Below, piece after piece: positions 54,960 through 64,000 of a DNA stretch of 64,000 bases. The position numbers and the translations under genes were made by a program. This stretch comes from Cyanidioschyzon merolae (Eukaryota). Location: the NCBI GenBank assembly GCA_000091205.1, contig AP006502.2; one strand, written 5' to 3'. Position 1 is the stretch's first letter; each line of letters begins with the position of its first letter. The notes beneath the pieces are model-generated. The model was not told the origin of the DNA. It searched no databases and saw only the letters and a program-made list of their open reading frames with translations.

Positions 54960-57132
54960 CCGCAGAAGACATCCCTGGCAACGCTGGATGCTTCAGGGAA
55001 AATCGTTGCATCGCTTCCACAAGCTCTGGACATGTTGCAGGACGTATGGTTGCGGCCTCATGACGTGAGGGTGCTGCATGTCTCGATCCGGCTTTATCGG
55101 TCATCGGATGGAAAGAACCGTCATGTCGACGCGTTTCTCATGTAGATCCTGGCGCGTCATGCGAAAATCAGCCAGCGCAGTCGATCTGTGACTCCCGCGT
55201 GTGCCTGCAACCGAGCCAAACATGGAAGTGAGCAGTCGTGGGGATCTCGCTTGCAGCCCGCGAGTCTGAGGAGCACAAGCATCGCGGCAACTGGGGGCGT
55301 TTCTCTGCTTCCAACACCGTTCTATGGCGTAAGATGGCGTCTATATTCAGCAAGATCGAATCATGGAACACTATAATCGTCTTCCGTCTGCGAAGGGATA
55401 TCGCTGCCGGGGCATCTGTAGGGTGCTCCCAACTTGCTCGATTGCCGAATTCGAACGACATCCGTGTCAGGAACCGGGCGAAAATCCATTGTCGTTTCTA
55501 ATCAGGCAAGTGGGTTTTCACTACAGGTCTGTAACGCTTCAGCAGCATGCCCACATGAAGCGTTCAACGATTACGTCGAAAGTTCACTCTCCAGAAAAGC
55601 AGCAGGACGCTCCAGAAGCACGAGTGTTCACCGGGTGCTGATCGAGGCGCTCAAGTCTCGGTGCAGAGCGTGCGCACGCGCTGACGTATGCTCCACTGAA
55701 AGCGATCCCTGTAAAAAGCGTCTTGTCTCGGTCCGCGGCCATTTTCCATCCGGAGAGAAGAGACAGGAGCCTCCCGCAACATATCCCGTGAGATGTACCG
55801 AGCAGCTGTCGAATGCCGTTTCGCGACTGGCCAGAAAGCGAGAAGGATATGTCACGCAAAGGGAATCGATTAGTTTCCATGAGAAGCTCAGTGGACGTTC
55901 GTCATGAGCTTGTGAAAATGTATTCAGTGGACGACGTCGAGCATTTTCTTTCGTCTATTCAGCGTCGCGAATTGCTGCGCCTCACGAGTTACCTTGAACC
56001 AGAACGATCGAAAACTTGAAAAATGCGCAAACTGTGTGCGCTACACGTAACAAATGGAGCAAGTTGGAGGCTGGTGCGTATGAACTGCATGATAAGATCG
56101 GTTATTTTACAAACCCTCGTTTGAGGGCGTTGCAAATCATCTTGATTCCCCTGACGTCACGAATTCCACCAGCGAAACGTCGATTGATGCAATCCGAATA
56201 GACGACAGAGAATCCCAAAGCTGCGTGTGAGTTCTCAACACCTTACGAGTGCACATCGAACGTCTAGACTCGAAGTCTAAATAAAGCATACAAAAATGTC
56301 GACAGGCACAAACAGAGCGAGCAGCCCAGTGATTGATTTTAATCTGACACGGGTATAGCGCTGCTGCATCTCCGATGACGAGTCGCCTTGTCGCCGCTCC
56401 CGAGACTCCGCGTCCATGATCGTCAAAAGGCGATGTGAAAGCCCTGCAGCTTTGTGGATTGATTCGGAGCGATCCACGCAAGTTGCGTACACGACATGAA
56501 TCTAGGTGCATATGTAGCATCAGCGTTCTCATCGCTAGCTCCACTGCATTTCATATGTGCACCGATTCGGTGGTCGATGCGAAGCGACTGGCTGTACCTC
56601 GAGATGGACTCAGAATGCGGTATTAAGAGCGCGACGTTCGTTCCGCCCGCGAGCGCCTCGCGGTTTTCTGCAGCGAGTCCAATAAGCGGCTTTGGCTTCG
56701 GGTTAGCAGGCACTCGAAAATTGCGTGAATCCAAGACGGGAACGTGGTTCAGCGCGAATGCAATGCGAGAATTATCGATATGGAGGCGTGATGATGCTAC
56801 GATGATGCGCGAACTTTTCTGGAATGCAACATCGCACTGCGACCACACAGGTGCCAATGAATGCAACGCGCGAATTATCGATAGGGAGGCATCATAATGC
56901 GGCCACGATGCGCGAACTTTTCTTGAATGCAACATAGCAATGCGTCCGCACGAATTCCACGCCGCACAACTTCCGCCCTTGACGTCGCTGTGCACCAAAA
57001 TCGGCAAAATCAATAGCACAGAGAGATCGTCAGTGGTCGTGCCCGCCATGCGAGCAATGCAGTGATGAAACTTCTCAAGAAGAGACGGGATACACTCGCT
57101 TCCAATCTCGTCGGAGAAGTGGAAAACGCTTC

Positions 57133-58173
57133 TCACTGCAAACCGCAGCGCGATAACAGCATGCTGCCGGAGCCGTCCGCTCCGGAACGAAACCCGCCCG
57201 CACAGAGCGTGGCTGAGCCCTCCGCGCTAACCGCCTCCCTTGTTCTCCTTGCTGTCGACGACGACGACGTCGTCACCGCCGAACGCGACTGTTCGCCTGG
57301 CTTACTCTCTCCCTGCGATGATTCAATGGTCGGAGGATCCTGCGGTGTGAGCTGTCCGCGATTCCGGGCTGTTTTCGCATCTCGGACCGGTGCTCGCCAC
57401 GTTTTTGGGTCGCGCTCTTCCAGATACTGGTCATCTGCTTCCTGATCCTCTTCGTCAATTGGTCCGAAGCCATCGTCAGATGCGGATCGCTCTATTTCAT
57501 CGAGCAGAATCCGGAATACTTCCGCAACATTCGTCCCGGTTCGCGCACTACATTCACAGAACGCTGCACCAATTGTCTCTGCAATGTGGGCCCCTTCCTC
57601 GAAGGATACTTCCCGATCAAGCGCTTGATCAATCTGGTTCCCAACGAGGATCATTGGGATCTGATCGCTTCCGAGTATTGCTACCAGACGCTGGAATATG
57701 TAGCGGACCATTTCAAATGAGCTGGCATCCCGCACAGAGTACAGCAGTACGTAGCCGTCGATGCCGATTGTCGCTTGCGCCCCCAACGAGGAGTACTCAT
57801 CCTGACCTGCTGTATCAACAATTTCCAGAGCGTAAACCGTACCGTCTCGTCCTCGCAAGGTAGTCTGGTACGTGTCTTCAATCGTCGGCAGGTACGATTC
57901 AGGGAAAGTGCCCTCGCAAAAACGAATCGTCAGTGCTGACTTGCCAACACCGCGCGCTCCCAACACTGCGATGCGTCGAACGCGCTGCGCACCAGCTGCT
58001 GCCGCCGCATACATCCCAACGCCACCATAATACGAAGTTGAAAGCAGAGAGCCTGCACTATCAGGCACTGCATTGCCTCGCGGGACCCGCGTCGAAACCG
58101 GTTGCTGGTCGCCCTCAGCCATTAGAAGTGAGAACTGTCGTGTTTCGGGTCGCGGAGGGTCTGTGTTTATCAC
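57133..58173 (-). CDS. Ras-superfamily small GTPase, Rheb-like, with a ~100-aa C-terminal extension and a CaaX box
   Basis: G1 GARGVGKSA; switch I YLPTIEDTY; G3 DTAGQDEYS; G4 VGNQID; G5 ECSA. The overall pattern is closest to Rheb (LTIxFxEGxFxxSYxPTIE). C-terminal CGLQ fits a prenylation CaaX motif. Confidence 0.72.
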   Translation of the reverse strand: MINTDPPRPETRQFSLLMAEGDQQPVSTRVPRGNAVPDSAGSLLSTSYYGGVGMYAAAAAGAQRVRRIAVLGARGVGKSALTIRFCEGTFPESYLPTIEDTYQTTLRGRDGTVYALEIVDTAGQDEYSSLGAQATIGIDGYVLLYSVRDASSFEMVRYIFQRLVAILGSDQIPMILVGNQIDQALDREVSFEEGAHIAETIGAAFCECSARTGTNVAEVFRILLDEIERSASDDGFGPIDEEDQEADDQYLEERDPKTWRAPVRDAKTARNRGQLTPQDPPTIESSQGESKPGEQSRSAVTTSSSSTARRTREAVSAEGSATLCAGGFRSGADGSGSMLLSRCGLQ

Positions 58174-58718
58174 CTTTGTGTGCCAGGTCGCAAGCGTTTT
58201 TCTAGTCCGAACTTCTGTTACTTGAATTAAACAGATCTTTCAACACCAATGAGACCAGTTCCAGTTGTTACACCTGGAACAGTAACCAGAGCAACAACAA
58301 CAACAACAACAACAACAATAGCAGCGGGGAACGCACCCGCAACGAGCGGGTCCGGTGCACTTGCGCTTACCGCTTCACGCGACTCTCGCGCAAACACACT
58401 ACACCAAACGAACAGCTCTGGTAATACGGCCACTTGGTTAACCGAATGACACCACGAAACCGACTGCTTTGATTCTGGCAGCCCTGATGAGCAATACGTG
58501 GAAAGCGAAAACACCACGATAGCCAACGCGTGTGGCTCGCCACAACGGATGCCGCAGCGCTGCGCCTACGGACGCCGTACCGCCCAGCGCGTGTACCGAG
58601 TCCAAAAGCACGCGGTGCTCGCCGGGAGTCTGCAAGCCGAGAGCCGTGCCCAATGCGGCACTTCAGTAGCATGCCTTGTCCTCAGTATCCGGGTCGGTTA
58701 CGTGGCATCAAAGCCTGA

Positions 58719-59720
58719 GTGCAGCGGTTAATGTCTCCCGCAAGAACGACGACGCGAAAGAGTCAAGTAGCCGCCGCTGATAAAGCGTACGGATCCAGCG
58801 AGGGCACTGGCGCTGGCACTGGTGTTCGCTCCGGTACGGGACTCCGGTCGACCCAGTTTGCACTGTTGGGTCTCTCGTTCCAGGCTGCAAACCCAGAAGG
58901 TAAACTGGCAGCTGGTCCGCTGCTCTTGGAACGCTCCGCGAGCGAGACTAGTGATGCGCTGCTGCCGTGGCCACCGCTTGATCGACTCCGGCTGCTATTC
59001 GATCGCGGTGCAGCAGACTGGCTCCGGCAGGAGGTGCTGGGTTTCTTCTTGGATGCAAGTAGCCAGTGCGCTGACCCACTTGCTCCGCCGGGCACAGTGC
59101 TGAGCTTTACAGGCGTTCATTCCGCGGCAGGGGCGGAAGACGGGGCGCCCCTGGCGTCGACAGCACCCACAGCTTCGACAGCGCCAAACACGAGCGGATC
59201 GGTAACTGTCAATCGTCTCGGGGGTAAGGCTTGCGGGAGTTGGCTACCGCTGGAACTGATGGAAAGCGCCTATGAGCAGGGTGCCTGGCTCGCACAGCAC
59301 CGCGTCGTGCTAGAACAGCTGGGCGTAAGCCCCGACACGTTCCGCAGCTTCGAGGGCCATGCCGCCACGAAACGCCGCCCACAACCGAAAATCATCGGTT
59401 CGAACAACGTCGAACCTGTCCAGGAGGCGTTTTCGAGGCAATCGAATGCCGTCCGGGAGGATCCGGGTTGGTTGAGGTCCCCCGAAACCGCTCATCGTAT
59501 CGAACGTGGGTCGGCACTGCGCCGGCACTCGCGAGCACCCGGTGTCGATGATGAGCGCACGCTTTCCTCCGACGAAAGTCGTTCACCGAGCACTGACCGT
59601 GACACTCTAGACTCCTCTGAACTGGACTCAGATTGGACAATGGATACATTCGATGATGACGAATCGTACGAAGCCGACGAAGCGTTCGCAACTGCGGCTG
59701 AACGCGAAGCCGTTTTCTGA
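58719..59720 (+). CDS. Hypothetical protein (Ser/Thr/Ala-rich, no recognised domain)
   Basis: 333-aa ORF in an otherwise gene-free gap between two confident genes. Composition coding-like but low-complexity. Confidence 0.3.
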   Translation: MQRLMSPARTTTRKSQVAAADKAYGSSEGTGAGTGVRSGTGLRSTQFALLGLSFQAANPEGKLAAGPLLLERSASETSDALLPWPPLDRLRLLFDRGAADWLRQEVLGFFLDASSQCADPLAPPGTVLSFTGVHSAAGAEDGAPLASTAPTASTAPNTSGSVTVNRLGGKACGSWLPLELMESAYEQGAWLAQHRVVLEQLGVSPDTFRSFEGHAATKRRPQPKIIGSNNVEPVQEAFSRQSNAVREDPGWLRSPETAHRIERGSALRRHSRAPGVDDERTLSSDESRSPSTDRDTLDSSELDSDWTMDTFDDDESYEADEAFATAAEREAVF

Positions 59721-60257
59721 GCAGGCGCGCTGCCCCCGAGGCGCATCAGCGAAACGGGATATGAGCAGAGCAGCGGGCAACTAGGGAGATCGTCTGTGGT
59801 GAATGGAGACTGACTCGCTCTCCCGTTGATGGTTACCGATGCGGAAAGCTGCGTCTGGCATCGGAATCAGCTCATCGGTAAATACGAGCGGATGCACGGG
59901 ATTTCGATGCCCACTGCATATCGTCAGTATTCTCTTTGGGTTGCGTCAAGAACGAGTTGACCCGGGGACCTCCACTGGAGACCGTGAACGCTCGGCGGTG
60001 CGGTTGATAAACGATTACCGGTGCTTGCCTTATCTCATCGTCTTGGAAAAAGCAACAGCAATAGCAGCAGTAGCAGACGCTCTGTGGTTTCCGTTTCTGT
60101 GTCGGTATGCGAAAGGCCGGATATTCCGATGTTTACCCCAGAAACGATCCAGATTTGCTGAGTTTATGTGCTCGACTCAGCAAACACGCAATCAGTTGGC
60201 TACGCAACCGAAATCACGGTCCCTGTTCGCCTATACGAGAGTGTCAGGAGGTTGCAA

Positions 60258-62105
60258 TCAGAGGCGGTGTCGTCCACGGGCTAAGCGTCTCCAGTCAGAA
60301 TCGTCATAGGGTCCCTCGCGACTTCGCTCGGCCAGATCGCCGTGATGGCCCTCTGTCTCGCTGTCACCGGGGCAGAGGATGCCGCCAGCACCCCGCAACT
60401 TGCCACGATACCGCACAAAGTCAGTATCCGCACCGGTTGAAACCGATCGCTCGAACGCATCCGGGATTTTGTACTTTTGCAGCTGGTTCGCTAAGCGGCG
60501 CGGAACGCGTATGCTCAAGTAGATGCCATGCGGCGTATAGTCTTGGTGATCGCACAAACCATGTGAGAGCGCCTCGGAAGCAAGCGCCGCCTCAGTATAG
60601 GGAATGAGGCACTCAACAGGAATGTACATGTCGCGGAGCGTGTCACTGATGCACTCCATGAGGTCGTCGAGACCCTCTCCCGTGAGCGCCGACAATGGAA
60701 CCACCGGCGGATCCTGACGTGAAAGGATCGCTGCCTGGTGTCGTACCGAAGTCGCATGCTCAATCAAATCCATCTTGTTCCAGATGACTATGCGGGGCTT
60801 GGATCGCAGGACCCCAAGCTCGCTGAGCGTATCCTCGACAACCGCGGCTTGTGCTCGCCAGCTTGGACTCGAACGGTCAATCACATGTAAAATAATATCA
60901 GCATCGACAACGACCTCAAGGGTAGCGCGGAATGCTGCAATCAGCTCCGTTGGCAGTTTCTGAATAAATCCCACCGAGTCCGTGATTAAAACCTCTGGTG
61001 CCACATTCAGGCCTGGGATTTCCGCCCGTCGCGTGGTCGGATCCAGCGTACAGAACAGCATCGGATCCGCAAACACTCGAGCATGGGTCAGTGCGTTCAG
61101 AAGCGTGCTCTTCCCACTGGAAGTATAACCGGTGAGTACCAGCGAGGGCAGATGTTGTGCTGCTCGCTGCCGTCGCCGTTGTTGACGTTGCTGGCGAATA
61201 CCTTCGAGTTCGCGTCGGAGTCGCGCAATACGCTGCGCGATGATTCGCCGGTCGACCTCAATCTGGGTCTCGCCGGGTCCACGAAAGGCCACACCGAGCC
61301 CACCGCTTTGTCTTTCCAAATGCTGCCACATGCGCGTGAGCCTGGGCAAGCGATACTGGAGAAGGGCAAGCTCAATCTGGAGAGCACCCTCACGGCTCAT
61401 CGCGTGTTGAGCGAAGATGTCGAGGATCACAGCAGTTCGATCGAGCACCTGAATCCCAGAGCGCTCGCCTCCGAAAGCTTCCTCCAGTGCTCGCTGTTGA
61501 GACGGCGACAGCTGCTCATCGAAAACGCAGGCAGTGGCCCCTACGCTTTGCATCATGGCGCGTACTTGCAGCACTTTTCCGCTGCCGATTAATGTGCGAC
61601 TCTGAAACTCTGTAAGTTTCTGAACAGTTCGTCCCATAACCTCCATACCAGCAGTACTGCAGAGTTCTGCAAGCTCGTCTAGAGACTGCTCGAGGGTGAT
61701 GCGCGTGCTCGCCGCTCCGCCGAGTCGCGCGCTTTTCAGCTCAGCGCCAACGAGGAAGCAGCGAGTGGGCGGCACGTAGCGGAGGCGTGCTCGCCAGGCA
61801 GGTTCCATACGTCTCTCCGCGTACTGTTCTTCATTTTGCTGACAGCACCAGATAGCAGGCGCCAGACTTGCCGCCCGTTGCCTGGGCCCAGGTAATCGAG
61901 GCGCCCAGGCGTAGCAGTGACCTCGGGGCTCCAACGAACACCGGTACGAGGTGCCTGTGACGCCACCACGCCACAACCAGGTGCCAATAAACATTGGCCT
62001 CTGACGACGAGCTCTGGACAGCAAGCCTTCCGAGAAAGAATGAAGTGCTTTTTGCCCCCGCAAGGTGAGCGAGGTGCTCCCCACAACACACACACACACA
62101 CACAC
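60258..62105 (-). CDS. hflX: GTPase HflX (organelle-type), probably starting at an internal Met
   Basis: Collinear with HflX: N-terminal domain (VLDRTAVILDIFAQHA..REGALQIELALLQYRLPRL...GPGETQIEVDRRII) and G domain (LVLTGYTSSGKSTLLNALT...TLDPTTRR..LITDSVGFIQKLP..IILHVID...IVIWNKMDL). The extreme 5' of the ORF (MCVCVCVV) is a (CA)n microsatellite, so the annotated ORF start is probably not the true start. Confidence 0.8.
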   Translation of the reverse strand: MCVCVCVVGSTSLTLRGQKALHSFSEGLLSRARRQRPMFIGTWLWRGGVTGTSYRCSLEPRGHCYAWAPRLPGPRQRAASLAPAIWCCQQNEEQYAERRMEPAWRARLRYVPPTRCFLVGAELKSARLGGAASTRITLEQSLDELAELCSTAGMEVMGRTVQKLTEFQSRTLIGSGKVLQVRAMMQSVGATACVFDEQLSPSQQRALEEAFGGERSGIQVLDRTAVILDIFAQHAMSREGALQIELALLQYRLPRLTRMWQHLERQSGGLGVAFRGPGETQIEVDRRIIAQRIARLRRELEGIRQQRQQRRRQRAAQHLPSLVLTGYTSSGKSTLLNALTHARVFADPMLFCTLDPTTRRAEIPGLNVAPEVLITDSVGFIQKLPTELIAAFRATLEVVVDADIILHVIDRSSPSWRAQAAVVEDTLSELGVLRSKPRIVIWNKMDLIEHATSVRHQAAILSRQDPPVVPLSALTGEGLDDLMECISDTLRDMYIPVECLIPYTEAALASEALSHGLCDHQDYTPHGIYLSIRVPRRLANQLQKYKIPDAFERSVSTGADTDFVRYRGKLRGAGGILCPGDSETEGHHGDLAERSREGPYDDSDWRRLARGRHRL

Positions 62106-62648
62106 AGATACGCTCGTCTACACAATGTGAGGGTGCGCGCGCTCAACCAGCGACGTGCCGCGTGGCGCAGTGCGTTAACGGGTACGTGTCTGGTGTGGTG
62201 GAGCGTCCAAGCCGTCGCAGCGGTATTACGAGGACCCTGCGCACTTGACGGGCAATGCACGTGAGTCGGGAAATGGTCTTACGAATCCTTTGAAACGTAC
62301 GCTGGAGAAAACAGTTTGCAGAAGAAAGCTTCTGAGTTGTCACGTTCTGTGTACGTGTCGCGGCTATGAACTGGGAGGAGGTTAGCGTTCCCGCTCGGCA
62401 GTGCGTGCAGCCCGCGCACGCATAAGAACGGCAAAAAAGTACCATGTCGAAAGTTTGCCGCGGAAAGAATCAAATCGTGCCGTGCCGCACGAATCGCTAC
62501 GTGAATCGATCGGCACTTGTAAATATTCGGGCTTCTCCAAACTGGGTAATGCATGTTACATCCCAGTGGAAACAGTGATATTCTCCCGAGTATTTGCTTC
62601 CACACGATTTCCTTTTTGGCACACAAGCTAGCAATACCTTTTATGAGG

Positions 62649-63950
62649 CTAGGACGCGGATGACTCTGGGGAGCGTGTCGCAGCGATATCCTTCAGTTGC
62701 GTCTTGGCAGCTAGACGACGCTGGGCATCACGCTCGTGTTCCCAGGCGAAACCCCTGCGACCAATCCAAACGCCTCGCTCAAGGCGTTGCGCTTGATGTT
62801 CACGCGCTAGCTGTGCAACATGAAGCACCTTTCCACCGCGACCCGGTTCGAACAGCGTGCCACCATCAAAGCGCGTTGCCTGTGCACTGCTGCTCACCGC
62901 AGACCGTCCTGCATTGCACGACTGCTGTGGCGTGCCGGGGGATTCAACGCCCCCGACACGCATCATGGCAAGTGCATTCTCCGTATCCGAAATGGAATTC
63001 GACAGGTTGTGCGCACCTTCTCCGGGTGCCGATGCATCGATACGCGCTGATGCCGATAGCCTGCCTCGCCGCTCCGTCGCGGACGCATGCGTTGAGGCAT
63101 CTGCCGCAGCCGCTGGTGTCGACGTCCGACGCAGGCACGGAAACGCGTCGGGCCCCGGCGGTATTTGGGCACGGGCACGAGCATTGCTCGACAACTGATG
63201 AGCATTCGTGTTCCTGACGACACTGGAAAGCGTTCGTGTCGCAGGAAGATTCCCTGCAGGCGGCGCTTCATTTGATTGGACCCGAGGGTGCGCGGCCAGC
63301 GCTCTACAGGCAGCGAAGAGCGCTTCTCGCAGTCGCGGATCGGGCTGTAGTGCGCACATTTCGAATAAGATAGCCGCAGCTACCGACCTGGATGCGCCGC
63401 TTTCCATTAAAAGGCGTTCGAGTGCCTGAACGCATGCTCCCGCTTGGAGTTCCCCACGCACCAGGCGCTCACAGTGCGCGCAGAACGCTAGCCAGCTCTC
63501 CTGACCCCCGGGAGACTCCGCTCGCAGGAGCGCCTTGACGCGCTCAAGCAGCCGTGCACCGCGTCGCATGGCTTCCTCTTCTGTTTTCGGAATCGGATGC
63601 ATTGCATGATCAGCAGCGGTCCTGAATTCAGCATCTCCAGCACGCTGGCTTTGGACGTCTCGACTGGAATGAGCGACCTCTGTGTCGAGCGCTTGACGCT
63701 GCCGATGATTGGTGCCAATACCCGGATTACTTGTTGCAAACCTGGGGTCACTGTTGCTGGCATTCGTCTCGTATGGTCGATATCGGGCGTCCGCTGCATG
63801 TGCCATAGAGTCACACGGCAGGGTATCGTGATCGGTGCGAGGTCGCTGGTCGACAGTCTGCCGTTGCCTGTTGCGGCTTTCCGATGTCTCAGGGGTTCTG
63901 CGCAGGGCGACCTGCTCCGTCGTCGATTCTGTCGCACTGGCGTATACCAC
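62649..63950 (-). CDS. Hypothetical protein
   Basis: 433-aa ORF with coding-like composition. Overlapped in another frame by a partial ORF (63488-64000) that looks less protein-like. No domain recognised. Confidence 0.3.
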   Translation of the reverse strand: MVYASATESTTEQVALRRTPETSESRNRQRQTVDQRPRTDHDTLPCDSMAHAADARYRPYETNASNSDPRFATSNPGIGTNHRQRQALDTEVAHSSRDVQSQRAGDAEFRTAADHAMHPIPKTEEEAMRRGARLLERVKALLRAESPGGQESWLAFCAHCERLVRGELQAGACVQALERLLMESGASRSVAAAILFEMCALQPDPRLREALFAACRALAAHPRVQSNEAPPAGNLPATRTLSSVVRNTNAHQLSSNARARAQIPPGPDAFPCLRRTSTPAAAADASTHASATERRGRLSASARIDASAPGEGAHNLSNSISDTENALAMMRVGGVESPGTPQQSCNAGRSAVSSSAQATRFDGGTLFEPGRGGKVLHVAQLAREHQAQRLERGVWIGRRGFAWEHERDAQRRLAAKTQLKDIAATRSPESSAS

Positions 63951-64000
63951 AGCAGAACCCGAAAAGCCTCGTCGACGTGCTGCTGTGATGGTTGGTTCAT

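Noticed and set aside
62080-62105. (CA)n tract giving a Cys-Val repeat at the ORF-track start of the HflX gene
   Set aside because: Almost certainly 5' UTR or upstream sequence read as protein by the ORF finder; the true HflX start is an internal Met downstream.
63488-64000. Partial 170-aa minus-strand ORF running off the window end
   Set aside because: Overlaps the longer 62649-63950 ORF in another frame and has less protein-like composition. Only one can be real and neither has motifs, so the longer frame was kept at low confidence.

Overview
This window reads as eukaryotic nuclear DNA. It is GC-rich (roughly 55-60% by eye), gene-dense (about 2.5 kb per gene) and apparently intron-poor: conserved proteins such as an 1851-aa SWR1-type ATPase and a 1343-aa Sec1/Munc18 protein sit in single uninterrupted ORFs. 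Genes on both strands: BUD23 rRNA methyltransferase, deoxyhypusine hydroxylase, a Sec1/Munc18 protein with an unusual N-terminal secreted/transmembrane extension, a COX7C-like small subunit, POLD4-like, eIF6, SWR1/SRCAP-type SNF2 ATPase, possible SRP14, TBC Rab-GAP, dynein light chain LC8, Naa10 acetyltransferase, a HEAT-repeat protein, mitochondrial phosphate carrier, an SBPase/FBPase-class phosphatase, a RING/B-box TRIM-like protein, an ankyrin-repeat protein, a PsbP-domain protein, an O-methyltransferase, a Rheb-like GTPase, HflX GTPase, several hypothetical proteins and a tRNA-Val(CAC). The most notable element is an apparently intact Fanzor/TnpB-like (OMEGA-type, RuvC-fold) nuclease gene at 43056-44669 (minus strand) containing in-frame 75-bp tandem repeats. 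A second, degenerate Fanzor C-terminal remnant lies at 13238-13576 next to a 27-bp minisatellite. Other structure: a 2.75-kb direct segmental duplication (about 4725-7468 and 17350-20110) whose copies differ mainly in microsatellite lengths and which copies the 3' end of the Sec1 gene as a pseudogene fragment; a ~435-bp dispersed repeat (33495-33930 and 45250-45685), one copy immediately 5' of the Fanzor gene; and several microsatellites. The SBPase-like, PsbP-like and HflX genes plus the compact intronless organisation suggest a photosynthetic protist with a streamlined genome, for example a cyanidiophyte-like red alga; that is inference only. All homology calls rest on motif recognition from memory, not database searches.
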